DNA of 64,000 nt from a bacterium (GCA_021372515.1 JAJFUG010000180.1:64240-128239), one strand, 5' to 3'. Counted from the stretch's first letter, positions 29,227-39,557 are shown. The notes: generated by a model not told the origin, from the sequence alone. Translations and numbers: made by a program.

Positions 29227-29796
29227 ATGACAGAGGATATCCGCAATTTTATTCTCACCCTGCCTTTCGTCGTCATCCTTCTTCTGCTCCTTTTCTGGCT
29301 GATCAAGGCCCTGGCCCCCTCGCGCCGCGATATGGAGCGCCGGGACCGTTTCGACCAGGCCGGCTACGAGACGGTGCGCCAGACCCGGATGAAAGAGTAT
29401 TCGGTCATGGGCCTCTCGGTCGCGGTGATTGTTTTCTGCCTGGGGGTGATGGGCTATCTGGCCTGGCAGCTTTTTCACGCCGGGGCCGGCGCCGGGGTCG
29501 AGGCTGCGACCCGCTCGATGGAGACGATGCTGATGTTCATCCCGGCCATCGTTCTGCTGACCTTCGTGGCAGTAGCCTCACGGCGCTACATCCGCCGCCA
29601 GGAGGAAACCCTGCACGAGTTCAACGAGTTCAAGGCCAAGCGCGAGCATGCCCTGAAAGCTTACGATGAGAAACGCCGCGGCCGCGGGCTGGAAAACGAG
29701 GACGGCACTCCGGTGACTATCAAGCAGAAAGTGGACCGCAGCAAGAAAGACCGGCCGGACAACGAATCCGGGCGGCACCGGCGGAGGGGAAAATAG
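29227..29796 (+). CDS. Small membrane protein (about 3 TM segments) with a basic C-terminal tail, cotranscribed with the FliN-like gene
   Basis: Hydrophobic segments ILTLPFVVILLLLLFWLI, VMGLSVAVIVFCLGVMGYLAW and MLMFIPAIVLLTFVAVA. The upstream stop overlaps the ORF. No recognisable family; it does not look like FliO. Confidence 0.45.
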   Translation: MTEDIRNFILTLPFVVILLLLLFWLIKALAPSRRDMERRDRFDQAGYETVRQTRMKEYSVMGLSVAVIVFCLGVMGYLAWQLFHAGAGAGVEAATRSMETMLMFIPAIVLLTFVAVASRRYIRRQEETLHEFNEFKAKREHALKAYDEKRRGRGLENEDGTPVTIKQKVDRSKKDRPDNESGRHRRRGK

Positions 29797-29834
29797 GGAT
29801 AGCCGGTTTGCGGCAGCTGCCGGTGAATACAGTT

Positions 29835-29864
29835 TTGACAAAAAGCACGCAATGCAATTAAATT
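29835..29864 (+). promoter_or_regulatory. Putative promoter for the GH92 gene (TTGACA-18-TAAATT)
   Basis: TTGACA at 29835-29840, 18-nt spacer, TAAATT at 29859-29864. Confidence 0.4.
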
Positions 29865-29942
29865 TGCCCAGTCTCGAAACCCCGCAGTTTGGCTTTCCAC
29901 GGTATGGCCCATTTCCGTTTCTTACTAACAGGGATATTTCAC

Positions 29943-32153
29943 ATGCGAACAAGCCTGTTCCAGCTCTCATTCACCCTGCTTCTGATTCCCTCGGTCAGTC
30001 TGCTATCACAGGGAATGCCGCCGGTCGGCAATTCGCAATATGTGAATCCTTTTGTCGGTTCGGTTGGCGGAGGGAACACTTTTCCCGGGGTGACTCTGCC
30101 TTTCGGCCTGGTGAAACTGGGGCCGGACTGCGCGGAAAAAGGCTCCAACTCGGGCTATGAACCGGACTCTCCGGTGCGGGGGTTCAGCCACGTGCATGTG
30201 AGCGGCACCGGCGGCGGCCCCAAGTACGGCAACATACTGTTTTTACCTGTCTGCGGAGATTCTTTCCAGGTTGGCGATGGGCTCAGGCCGAGCCGCGAAT
30301 ATGCCGAACCGGGCTATTTCCGGATGATGCTGGAACGGTGCGGCGACAGCCGGGAGGGAACCGGCCGGCCCGAGCAGGGCATAATCGCGGAACTGACCGC
30401 GAGCCACAGTGTCGGGTTCCACCAGTATACATTCCCTGAATCGAGCGACCCGCGGATAATCATCGATGTGGCGAGCCTGTTGGGGCCGAACCATTGCTGC
30501 GGCGAGAAGCAGGAATTTGTGGACGGGGAAATCACGGTCGAGTCGGACAGCACGATCAACGGCTACAGCACGGTCAAAGGGGGCTGGAACCAGGGGCCGG
30601 CCTACACGGTCTATTTTTATGCGCTTTTTCAGCAACCGTTCGATTCCTACCTGGCGCGGGGGAAATACGTAACCGAGGTTAAATACAATAAAACAGCCGC
30701 TCAGAGTATCAAGATCAAAGTGGGTATCTCGTTCCTGAGCACCCGGAAAGCGCGTGAGAATATCGACACGGAAATCCCGCACTGGGATTTCCAGCGGACA
30801 CGCCTGGAGGCGCTCGGAAAATGGGATGCGATCCTGGACCGGGTGCAGATCGACACCGATTTCCCGGAGAGCCGGGTCAATTTTTTCAGTTCCCTGTACC
30901 GCTGCTATCTGATGCCGGCGAACCGCAGCGGAGAGTACAGCCGGATCAAGGGTGTCTATTATGACGATTATTATGCAATCTGGGACACCTACCGAACGGC
31001 CGATCCGCTGCGCCTTCTGCTCACTCCCGGAAACCAGCGGGACATCCTCAACTCACTGCTCAATATCTACCGGGCCGAGGGCTACCTGCCAGATGCGCGA
31101 AGCGGCAATGCCAACGGCCGGACCCAGGGGGGAAGTAACGCCGACATCCTGCTGGCCGAGGCGTTTGTGAAAGGCATACAGGGAATCGACTACGAGACTG
31201 CGCTCAAAGCCATGCTGAAAGACGCTGAGGCGCCGCCTGAGGACGCACGGAAAGAGGGCCGCGGCGGCCTGGAGGACTATAGCCGGCTCGGCTATGTCTC
31301 CTCGGCCAACGAGCGCTCCGGCACCCGGACCATGGAATATTCCTACTGCGATTACGCGATCGCGGTCCTGGCGGAGGGGCTGGGCCACAAGGAGGTGGCG
31401 GCTGAATACTATAAAAAAGCCGGCAACTGGCAGAACCTCTGGCGGGATAAGACCGTGGATGGGATAACGGGATTCATCTGGCCCCGGGACCGCAGCGGCG
31501 CCTGGGTGCCGGATTCCTCCTTTTTGACCGAGAGCGGCACCTGGCCCGATTACTTCTACGAGGGCACCACCTGGGAATACAGTCTTTTCGCGCCGCACGA
31601 CATGCGCCGCCTGATCGCGAAGTGCGGCGGCCGGGACAAGACCCTGAAACGCCTGGACCACCTGTTCGACCGGAACTACTACAACGTGGCCAACGAGCCC
31701 TCTTTCCTGTTCCCGTTGCTTTATCACTGGATCGGCCGGCCGGATAAATCCTCCGAGCGGGTCCAGCGCATTCTTAGGAAATACTATCAGCCGACCCGGG
31801 ACGGTCTGCCGGGTAACGATGATTCCGGGGCCATGGCGGCCTGGTACGTGTTCAACTGCCTGGGGCTTTACCCGGTGGCCGGCACCGACTTCTACCTGAT
31901 CGTAAGTCCCTCTGTCAAGCGCACGGCTGTCAGTCTCGAGAACGGCAACCGGTTCGAAATCACGGCCGCGGGTCTGACCGAGGACAATATCTACATCCAG
32001 TCGGCCCGGCTGAACGGCGCCGCTTTGGACCGGACCTGGCTTACCCACGCCGAGATTGTCAAAGGCGGGAGCCTGTGGCTGGAGATGGGGAACAAGCCCT
32101 CAGCCTGGGGACAGAACGCTGTCCCGCCCTCGCCGCTGGAGCAGACGAGATAA
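29943..32153 (+). CDS. Glycoside hydrolase family 92 alpha-mannosidase (secreted)
   Basis: Signal peptide MRTSLFQLSFTLLLIPSVSLLSQG, then the GH92 N-terminal signature YVNPFVGSVGGGNTFPGVTLPFGLVKLGPD...GFSHVHVSGTGG. About 737 aa. Confidence 0.85.
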   Translation: MRTSLFQLSFTLLLIPSVSLLSQGMPPVGNSQYVNPFVGSVGGGNTFPGVTLPFGLVKLGPDCAEKGSNSGYEPDSPVRGFSHVHVSGTGGGPKYGNILFLPVCGDSFQVGDGLRPSREYAEPGYFRMMLERCGDSREGTGRPEQGIIAELTASHSVGFHQYTFPESSDPRIIIDVASLLGPNHCCGEKQEFVDGEITVESDSTINGYSTVKGGWNQGPAYTVYFYALFQQPFDSYLARGKYVTEVKYNKTAAQSIKIKVGISFLSTRKARENIDTEIPHWDFQRTRLEALGKWDAILDRVQIDTDFPESRVNFFSSLYRCYLMPANRSGEYSRIKGVYYDDYYAIWDTYRTADPLRLLLTPGNQRDILNSLLNIYRAEGYLPDARSGNANGRTQGGSNADILLAEAFVKGIQGIDYETALKAMLKDAEAPPEDARKEGRGGLEDYSRLGYVSSANERSGTRTMEYSYCDYAIAVLAEGLGHKEVAAEYYKKAGNWQNLWRDKTVDGITGFIWPRDRSGAWVPDSSFLTESGTWPDYFYEGTTWEYSLFAPHDMRRLIAKCGGRDKTLKRLDHLFDRNYYNVANEPSFLFPLLYHWIGRPDKSSERVQRILRKYYQPTRDGLPGNDDSGAMAAWYVFNCLGLYPVAGTDFYLIVSPSVKRTAVSLENGNRFEITAAGLTEDNIYIQSARLNGAALDRTWLTHAEIVKGGSLWLEMGNKPSAWGQNAVPPSPLEQTR

Positions 32154-32200
32154 GATTGTTGTGCCTAAGGCATTGTTAATTAAAAGTATAGGGTTGGATT

Positions 32201-32249
32201 AATGGCTGTTCTGTCTCCAGGCTGCAACATGTGGAGCAGGACAGCCATT
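32201..32249 (+). promoter_or_regulatory. About 48-nt imperfect palindrome centred on ACATGT between the GH92 and GH20 genes
   Basis: aatggctgttctgtctccaggctgca-ACATGT-ggagcaggacagccatt. Arms are about 17 of 18 complementary. No U-tract follows. Confidence 0.3.
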
Positions 32250-32392
32250 GTCTTGGGAGCAGGTCTGCCACCGGCTGTATACTTTTTTCCATGCCACTTG
32301 GCTGTTATTATACTAATCGCGAAATCTGAAAACACAGTCCACCTTGTCGAACTGAATTGAATTCTCAAAATCGTCACCCATGCGAGGTATCC

Positions 32393-34678
32393 GTGAAATG
32401 CAATCCGTCTGATCTGTTCCGCACCGCCGGCCGCGCCATTCTGTTACTGGCCGCCGTGATCGTCTGCCTGGGCTTGCCGACTCGCTACGCCATCGGTGCC
32501 GAGCCAGTGTCACGCACTGTCGCCACCGCACTGCGCAGCCGCGGCTACAGCCTCATTCCCGCGCCTCAGCGGGTGGACCTGGAGCCGGGCGATATCCGTC
32601 TCGACCGGACCTGGGGCATAGTGTCCGAGGCGGGCGAGGGCACGATCGCCGAGCGCCGTCTGAAAGAGGCGGCCGCCGAGCTCCACGGCCTGGAGTTCTC
32701 CGGCAGCGGCGCGGGGCGGATTGTCCTTGCGATCAAGCCGGGCACGGTCACCACGGCGGTGGACAAGGCCTGTGAGGAGCAGGCCTACCGGATAAGCCTT
32801 CAGCCCGGTCGTGTCGAAATCTGCGGCAACGCCCCGGCTGGCCTTTTTTACGGGGTCCAGAGCCTGCTCCAGCTCCTGCGTGCCGACAACGGGCAGTGGC
32901 GCGTTCCGGCCGGGACAATCACCGACTGGCCCTCCATGCGGCTGCGTTTCATCCACTGGGACACCAAGCACCACCAGAACCGGATGGAGACCCTCAAGCG
33001 CCAGATCGATTGGGCGGCCTTTTTCAAGGTCAACGCCATCGGGTTCGAGCTGGAGGACAAGTACGAGTACCCGCGCCACCCGGTGATCGGTGCGCCCGGG
33101 GCCTACACCAGGGCCGAGATGCAGGAGCTGACCCGCTACGCCCTGGAACGCTATGTCCAGCTTGTGCCGCAGATCCAGGCCCCCTCCCACATGGCCTACG
33201 TGCTGAAACACCCCGAGTTCGCCCACCTGCGCGCCGACAACAGCAACTACCATATCTGCATGTGCGATGAGGAGGCGATGCGGCTCATTTTCGACATGTA
33301 CCAGGATATGATCGACGCCACCCCGGGGGTGAAATATTTCCACGCCTCCACGGATGAGGTCTACTACGCCGGCTCCTGCCCCAAATGCACGCGGAAACGT
33401 CCCTATAATGACATCAACCGCAGCCTCACCTGGGTCGAGTATGTCAACCGCGCTTTCGACTGGCTCAAGGCGCGCGACCGCCGGATGCTGTGCTGGGTGG
33501 AGTTCCCGCTCCTGACCGAGCATATCTCGCTCCTGCCTCGCGGGCTGATCAACGCGGAACTCGTGGCGGAGCGCAGCGACGAATGGAACCGCGGCCTGGA
33601 GAAGGCCGGGGTGGAGCAGCTTATCTACAGCTCCCAGCAGGGGGAGGAATACCTGTTCCCCAACTATTTCTCCTCCAGTTTCCTGTATCGCGGTAAGCCT
33701 GTAACCGGACGGATCGGCGAGCCAGAGGCCCTGGTGAACGGCGTGCTGGACAAGGGATACAAGGCCATCGGCACCTACGCCGCGGCCTGGGATGACAGCG
33801 GGCTTCACGATGAAACTTTCTGGCTGGGTTGGGCCACGGTCTCCCAGTACGGCTGGTCGCCCGCGGCTCCCTCGACCGCGCAGAGCGTCGCCGATTTCAT
33901 GGACGTGTTCTACGGCCCAGGCAACAGCGACATGCTCTCGGTCTACCGCACGGTAATGGAGGGCGCCCGCGTGTACCAGGAGGCCTGGGACAGGGTGCCG
34001 GCCACGCGGCTCAAGCCCTCCTACGGCCTCTGGACCCAGAAAGGGCGCGACACCACGCGCATCGACCTGACCATAGAGCCGCCGCGCCTGCCTTTCAGCT
34101 ATGACATGACCCTGGTGGTGGGGGACAATTTCAGCCGCAGCTACGGCCCCCTGATCGCCCAGACCGCCGAGATGGCGCTCCGCTTGCAGGACCTCGAGAT
34201 CGTGCTGAACGACAAGCTCAACACAGTCAATCGCAATCGCTACAACATCGAGGTGCTGCTCTCGCTGGTCCGTTTCGAGGAGTATTTCTGCAACACGATC
34301 CAGACCCTGAAGAAAGTGGAGGCTTTGTTCCTGGAGGCCAGGGGCCCCATGGACCGTCAGGAGGAGGCCCGGGTGCTGGCCCTTCTGACCCAGGCGCACA
34401 CCCTGGTGGCCGATAATTTGCGCGAGCGCCAGGTGATGTGGAACGGGTTCCAGCAGACCTGGGAGAAAAGCCGTTTCCCGAAGAACCGGACCGTGGACGG
34501 CCGGGTGTTTTTCCACGAGCTTGACGATCTCAAGGACCACCACGCCGACCGCAGGCCGGGTCTGGATTACCTGCTCGAACCGCTCGACAACATCGGGCTC
34601 GAAAAGTGGAACCGCGGCCTGGCGGACTACATCCGCAGTTTCGCCGTGGGCAGCAAGCTGCCTGTACCCGAGCTGTAG
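32393..34678 (+). CDS. Glycoside hydrolase family 20 beta-N-acetylhexosaminidase-like protein (secreted)
   Basis: Signal-like N-terminus RTAGRAILLLAAVIVCLGLPTRYAIGA, then a GH20b-like region YRISLQPGRVEICGNAPAGLFYGVQSLLQLL...GTITDWPSMRLRFIHWDTKHH and a HASTDEVYY catalytic-like motif. GTG start at 32393 with a GAGG RBS (track ORF from a TTG at 32357). Confidence 0.65.
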   Translation: MKCNPSDLFRTAGRAILLLAAVIVCLGLPTRYAIGAEPVSRTVATALRSRGYSLIPAPQRVDLEPGDIRLDRTWGIVSEAGEGTIAERRLKEAAAELHGLEFSGSGAGRIVLAIKPGTVTTAVDKACEEQAYRISLQPGRVEICGNAPAGLFYGVQSLLQLLRADNGQWRVPAGTITDWPSMRLRFIHWDTKHHQNRMETLKRQIDWAAFFKVNAIGFELEDKYEYPRHPVIGAPGAYTRAEMQELTRYALERYVQLVPQIQAPSHMAYVLKHPEFAHLRADNSNYHICMCDEEAMRLIFDMYQDMIDATPGVKYFHASTDEVYYAGSCPKCTRKRPYNDINRSLTWVEYVNRAFDWLKARDRRMLCWVEFPLLTEHISLLPRGLINAELVAERSDEWNRGLEKAGVEQLIYSSQQGEEYLFPNYFSSSFLYRGKPVTGRIGEPEALVNGVLDKGYKAIGTYAAAWDDSGLHDETFWLGWATVSQYGWSPAAPSTAQSVADFMDVFYGPGNSDMLSVYRTVMEGARVYQEAWDRVPATRLKPSYGLWTQKGRDTTRIDLTIEPPRLPFSYDMTLVVGDNFSRSYGPLIAQTAEMALRLQDLEIVLNDKLNTVNRNRYNIEVLLSLVRFEEYFCNTIQTLKKVEALFLEARGPMDRQEEARVLALLTQAHTLVADNLRERQVMWNGFQQTWEKSRFPKNRTVDGRVFFHELDDLKDHHADRRPGLDYLLEPLDNIGLEKWNRGLADYIRSFAVGSKLPVPEL

Positions 34679-34821
34679 CGCCACAACGGTTGCACCGCAA
34701 TCGTCGTCTCGTTGGAAATCGTATAAATAGAACAGGGGCGGGTTTAAAACCCGCCCCTACGTTTTTGTAGCGGACCGCGTAGCGCTGGGAAAGACCAGAC
34801 TTATCCGGCGAACGCCCCCCC

Positions 34822-36027
34822 TCACTCGTAGCGCAGGGCCTCGATCGGGTCGAGACGCGCGGCCTTGACCGCCGGGAAATAGCCGAACCCCACGCCCACC
34901 GCGGTGGAAAACAGGAAGGCGATCAGGACTATACCCACGTTGACGATGAACGGCACGTTAAGGATGAACGACAGCCAGAGCGAGGCGCTCAGGGCCAGTA
35001 CAATGCCAACTATGCCGCCGAACGAGGACAGCACGGCCGACTCCACCAGGAACTGCACCAGCACCTCGTGCTCCAGGGCGCCTATCGCCAGACGGATGCC
35101 GATCTCGCGGGTGCGCTCGGTCACCGAGACCAGCATGATGTTCATGATCCCGATGCCGCCGACCAGCAGGCTGACCGCCGCCACCGCGCTCAGCAGGGCG
35201 GTGAGGATCTGCGTGGTTCCAGCGAGCATGTTGGCGATCTCCTTGGTGTCCATCACGCTGAAATTGTCGTCCTCGCTGGCCGCCAGGTGACGGCGCTCCC
35301 GGATCAGGGCCCGGATGTCCTGCTGGGCCTTTTCGGTCGAGGCGCCATCCTGCACCGAGACCTGGAACAGGGAGACATTCTGGTTGCCCGAGATACGCCG
35401 CTGGAAAGTGCGCAGTGGGATGATCACGATATCGTCCTGATCCATACCCATCGTATTCTGGCCCTTGGTGGCCAGGACCCCGACCACCGTGCAGGTCAGC
35501 TTTTCCAGACGGATGTTCTCGCCAATCGGGTCCTGCGAGCCGAACAGCTCCTTGACGATGCTGGAGCCAATGATGCAGACCGCCGCCCCGGCGCGCATCT
35601 CGCTGTCCGAGAACTGACGGCCGCTCTGGATGCTGCGGTTCGAGGTCTTGAGGTACTGGTTTTCGGTCCCGGTCACGGTGGTGGACCAGTTCTCGTTGCC
35701 GTAGACCACCTGAAGGCTGCGCGAGGCTATGGGCGCCACGGCCGCGATCGAGCTGACGCCGGTCAGGATGGCCTGGCCATCGGCCACCTTGAACGGTATG
35801 CTCTCGGAGGACTGGCCGGGGCCGAGACGCTTGCCGGGGCTGATCATCAGAAGGTTGCTGCCCATGCTTGAAATCTGTTGCCGCACCTGGGCCGTGGCCC
35901 CCTCGCCGATAGTCACCATGGTAATAACAGCCGCCACACCGATAACTATGCCCAGGATGGTCAGGACCGAGCGCATGACATTACGCCTGATTTCGCGCAG
36001 GGCGAGCAGAATAGCGTTCCAGAACAT
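34822..36027 (-). CDS. ABC transporter permease, MacB/FtsX family (4 TM segments plus a large periplasmic domain)
   Basis: 401 aa with an N-terminal TM, a periplasmic MacB_PCD-like domain and a C-terminal FtsX domain (GIGIMNIMLVSVTERTREIGIRLAIGA). Confidence 0.85.
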   Translation of the reverse strand: MFWNAILLALREIRRNVMRSVLTILGIVIGVAAVITMVTIGEGATAQVRQQISSMGSNLLMISPGKRLGPGQSSESIPFKVADGQAILTGVSSIAAVAPIASRSLQVVYGNENWSTTVTGTENQYLKTSNRSIQSGRQFSDSEMRAGAAVCIIGSSIVKELFGSQDPIGENIRLEKLTCTVVGVLATKGQNTMGMDQDDIVIIPLRTFQRRISGNQNVSLFQVSVQDGASTEKAQQDIRALIRERRHLAASEDDNFSVMDTKEIANMLAGTTQILTALLSAVAAVSLLVGGIGIMNIMLVSVTERTREIGIRLAIGALEHEVLVQFLVESAVLSSFGGIVGIVLALSASLWLSFILNVPFIVNVGIVLIAFLFSTAVGVGFGYFPAVKAARLDPIEALRYE

Positions 36028-36758
36028 TATGCCGCCCTCCCGTTGCCGTTGTCCGACTCGACCAGGCCGTCCAGAAAGTGGACCACGCGCTTGGCGTAGG
36101 ACGCCATGTCCGGCTCGTGGGTGACCATGACCACCGTGATCCCACGGTCACGGTTGAGGCCGGTGAGCAGGTCCATGATCTCCCTGGCCCGGGCCGTATC
36201 CAAGTTGCCGGTTGGCTCATCCGCGAAAAGCACCGCGGGATTGGTCACGATGGCGCGGGCCACCGCCACCCGCTGCTGCTGGCCCCCCGACAGCTCGGAC
36301 GGGGTGTGGGTCATCCACTCACGGAGGCCCACCACATCCAGGGCCTGAAGCGCCTGCTTGCGCCGTTCGGCCGCGGGAAGGCCGCGGTAAAGCAGCGGCA
36401 GCTCCACGTTCTCCAGGGCCGAGGTGCGGCTCAGCAGGTTGAAACCCTGGAAGACAAAGCCCAGGTAGAAACGGCGCAGCCGCGTGCGCTGGGTGCGCGA
36501 CAGTCTTTCCACCGGGACGCCCTTGAAACGGTATGTCCCAGCGGTGGGCGTGTCCAGGCAGCCCAGGATGTTCATGCAGGTGGACTTGCCCGAGCCGCTG
36601 GGTCCCATCACGGCGACGAACTCGCCTGTCTCTATCCGCAGGTCTATTCCGCGCAGGGCCGCCATCTCGGCCTGACCGCTGCCGTAGACCTTGGTCACGC
36701 CCTGCAGCTCGATCAGGGGCTGAGTGTCTGTTGTATGTTCTGCGGCCGGCATGTTCAT
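36027..36758 (-). CDS. ABC transporter ATP-binding protein (MacB/LolD-type ATPase)
   Basis: Walker A GPSGSGKST, Q-loop, signature LSGGQQQRVAVARA and Walker B LFADEPTGNLD. Confidence 0.9.
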   Translation of the reverse strand: MNMPAAEHTTDTQPLIELQGVTKVYGSGQAEMAALRGIDLRIETGEFVAVMGPSGSGKSTCMNILGCLDTPTAGTYRFKGVPVERLSRTQRTRLRRFYLGFVFQGFNLLSRTSALENVELPLLYRGLPAAERRKQALQALDVVGLREWMTHTPSELSGGQQQRVAVARAIVTNPAVLFADEPTGNLDTARAREIMDLLTGLNRDRGITVVMVTHEPDMASYAKRVVHFLDGLVESDNGNGRAA

Positions 36759-38038
36759 TTCTCCTGGCTGATTATATCGGTCACGACCGCTGCGCCGGGC
36801 TCGATCTCGCCGCTGGTTATCTCGGTCCGGCTCCCGTCAGTCGAGCCGACAGTGACCGTCACCGCGGTGAGCTTGCCGTTATTCAGCACCCAGACATGCT
36901 GCTGCTTGCTGTCGCCATTGGCATGGTTGCCGGTCTGCGACATGGGCGGGTGCGGCAGAATCGAACTGACCAGGCTGCCGGAACGTTTTTTCTTGACCGC
37001 CTGGACCGGCGGAGAGAAACGCAGCGCGGCGCTCGGCACCAGCAGCGCGTTCTCCACTTTCTGCACCGTGATATCGGCGGTGGCGGTCATTCCCGGCCGC
37101 AGGGCCAGGTCGGAGTTGTCCACTTTCAGCACGGTCTCGTAGGTCACCACCCCGGAGGTGGTGGAGGAGCCGAAATGCGCCTCGGTAATCACCGCCTTGA
37201 AATTCCGGTTGGGGTAGGCGGCCACGTTGAATTCGGCCTCCTGGCCCTCGTGCACCTTGCCGATGTCGGCCTCGTCCACGTCCACGTGCAGCTCCATCTG
37301 AGTCAGGTCCTCGGCCAGGGTGAACAGCACGGCCACCTGGAACGAGGCGGCCACGGTCTGGCCCGGCTCCACGTTGCGGCCGAGCACCACGCCGTTGACC
37401 GGCGAGCGGATTATAGTCTTGGACAGGTCGGTCAGGTTGGCGCTGAGCGTGGCCTGGGCCTGGAACACCGACGCGTTGGCGCTGGCCAGATCGGCCTTGG
37501 CCCGCTCGTAGTCCGCCTCGGCGGCATCATACTCGGTCTGTGAGGGCACCTTGTTGTCGCTCAGCTCCCGGACTTTTTTCATCTGGTCGAGCTTGGCCTG
37601 TGTCTGCATGAGCGTGGCCTTGGCCTCCAGCACCTTGGCCCTGGCCGACTCGAGCGCGGCCCTCGACTGCATCACCTGGGCCGAAATCTTGGTGGTGTCC
37701 AGGTGCGCCAGTGGCTGGCCCACCGTGACCTTGTCATTGAAATCCACCTCGACACTCTTGACTATGCCCGACAGCTCGCTGCCCACCTCGACCTCGTTGG
37801 TCGGCTGCAGAGTACCGGTGGCGGTGACAATCACTGTCAGGTCGCCGCGGGTGGCCTCCTGTGTCTTGTACTGGACCTGCTCGGCATGGCCCATCATTTT
37901 CCAGACCAGGATCACGGCCAGCACCACCGCCGCGAGGACCACCACCTGCCACTTGCGCGAACCTTTCCTGCGCCCCGCGGGCTGATCGAGTTCCAGGAGC
38001 CTGGATATCTCGGAATCGGGATTGATCTTCGTGCTCAT
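36755..38038 (-). CDS. HlyD/MacA-family periplasmic adaptor subunit
   Basis: N-terminal TM, long coiled-coil hairpin, then lipoyl and beta-barrel regions. Overlaps neighbouring genes by 4 nt. Confidence 0.85.
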   Translation of the reverse strand: MSTKINPDSEISRLLELDQPAGRRKGSRKWQVVVLAAVVLAVILVWKMMGHAEQVQYKTQEATRGDLTVIVTATGTLQPTNEVEVGSELSGIVKSVEVDFNDKVTVGQPLAHLDTTKISAQVMQSRAALESARAKVLEAKATLMQTQAKLDQMKKVRELSDNKVPSQTEYDAAEADYERAKADLASANASVFQAQATLSANLTDLSKTIIRSPVNGVVLGRNVEPGQTVAASFQVAVLFTLAEDLTQMELHVDVDEADIGKVHEGQEAEFNVAAYPNRNFKAVITEAHFGSSTTSGVVTYETVLKVDNSDLALRPGMTATADITVQKVENALLVPSAALRFSPPVQAVKKKRSGSLVSSILPHPPMSQTGNHANGDSKQQHVWVLNNGKLTAVTVTVGSTDGSRTEITSGEIEPGAAVVTDIISQEK

Positions 38039-39543
38039 CAGTTCTTTTCCGTGTTAGAGAGTCCACTTGTCTCGGGGGCCAGGGAAGTCCAGCCGCCGCC
38101 CAGGGCCTTGTACAGGCTGATCAGGTCCGAGGTCACCGCCCCATCGCTCTGCGCCAGCTGGTCCTGGAACGACAGGAGCGAGCGCTGGGCCTCCAGGATG
38201 CTGCTGAAATCGGTCAGTCCGGCCTCGTATTCCTGACGGGCCAGGTCGGCGGCTTTGCCAGCCGCCGCAGCCGCCGCGCTCAGCGACTGACGGCGTTTCT
38301 GCTCCTTGGCGTAGGCGGTCAGGGCGTTCTCCACCTCCTCCACCGCACCCAGCACCGAGGATTCGTAGGCGGCCAGGTACTGCTCCTGGAGCGCCGACTG
38401 CACCTGGATGTTCTTACGGATCGAGCCGCCGCGGAATATGGGCCAGCTTATCAGGGAACTGCCGCTCGCGGCCCGGCTGCCGGAGGTGAAAAGGTTGTCC
38501 AGGCTGAGGGCCTCCAGCCCGATGGAGCCGCTCAGGGAGAGCTTGGGGTAGAGGTCCGCCTTGGCCACGCCCACCCGCGCGGTCTGGGCGGCGAGCTGAC
38601 GTTCGGCGTGGCGGATGTCCGGACGGCGGCGCAGCATGTCGGCCGGTATCCCGACCGCCACGCTGAGCGGTGTGACCGGGATAGTCCCGCGTTGCTCCAG
38701 CTCAGAGTGCAGGGCGCCGGGCTGCTCGCCCAGAAGGACCGCCAGGCGGTTCAGCGCCCCCTCCAGGCCGGTCTGCAGCGTGGGTATCTGCGAGCGGGTG
38801 CTCTCCAGGTTGTAGCGGGCCTGCTCCACGGCCAGCTCATCGCTCAGACCGGCCTGGGCGCGCCACCGGGCGAGCTGGTAAGTCTCGCTCTGCGCGGCCA
38901 GGTTCTGCTCGGCCACGCTCAAACGGGTCTGATAGGTGCGCAGCTCGGTGTAATTGAGCGCCACCTCGGCGACGAGGGAGACCAGGACATCGTGAAGGTC
39001 CTCCTGGCTGGCCTGGAGGTCGGCCGTAGAGGCCTCGACCGAGCGCCGTGTCCCGCCGAAAAGGTCCAGCTCCCAGCCCGCGTCGAAACCGGCCTGGAAC
39101 ATGTTGCGCGTGGCCCCGCCGCCGGTTTTCTTGCTGCTCTGGCTGCGCGAGGCCGAACCGCTGGCATCCAGCGTGGGGAGCAGGCTGGCCTGGGAGGCGC
39201 CCCGGCGGGCGCGGGCCTCCCGCACGCGGGCCTCGGCCTGACGCAGGTCGCGGTTGCCCTTGACCGCGCGCTCGACCAGTCCGCTAAGCTCCGGGTCGCC
39301 CAGCGCGTTCCACCACTGCGCCAGGGCCTGCGGGTCGGCTTCTCCGAAAGCCAGGCTGCTGTCCGGACCGCTGTGCCACTGCGCGGAGACCGTGTCGGTG
39401 GGGCGGACATACTTCGGCCCCACAGCGGCGCAACCGGTCAGCAGAACGGCCGCCAGAAAGGCTGTCAGTCCGGATGCCGTCCTGAGGACATATCCTTCGC
39501 TTGTGTCTGTCATATTTCCTATCCCTTTGTTCATGTTTACCAC
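38038..39543 (-). CDS. TolC/NodT-family outer-membrane efflux protein (lipoprotein-like N-terminus)
   Basis: Signal followed by LLTGC AAV (lipobox-like), and two OEP repeats with coiled coils. Confidence 0.85.
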   Translation of the reverse strand: MVNMNKGIGNMTDTSEGYVLRTASGLTAFLAAVLLTGCAAVGPKYVRPTDTVSAQWHSGPDSSLAFGEADPQALAQWWNALGDPELSGLVERAVKGNRDLRQAEARVREARARRGASQASLLPTLDASGSASRSQSSKKTGGGATRNMFQAGFDAGWELDLFGGTRRSVEASTADLQASQEDLHDVLVSLVAEVALNYTELRTYQTRLSVAEQNLAAQSETYQLARWRAQAGLSDELAVEQARYNLESTRSQIPTLQTGLEGALNRLAVLLGEQPGALHSELEQRGTIPVTPLSVAVGIPADMLRRRPDIRHAERQLAAQTARVGVAKADLYPKLSLSGSIGLEALSLDNLFTSGSRAASGSSLISWPIFRGGSIRKNIQVQSALQEQYLAAYESSVLGAVEEVENALTAYAKEQKRRQSLSAAAAAAGKAADLARQEYEAGLTDFSSILEAQRSLLSFQDQLAQSDGAVTSDLISLYKALGGGWTSLAPETSGLSNTEKN

Positions 39544-39557
39544 CCCATCTTTCTGCT

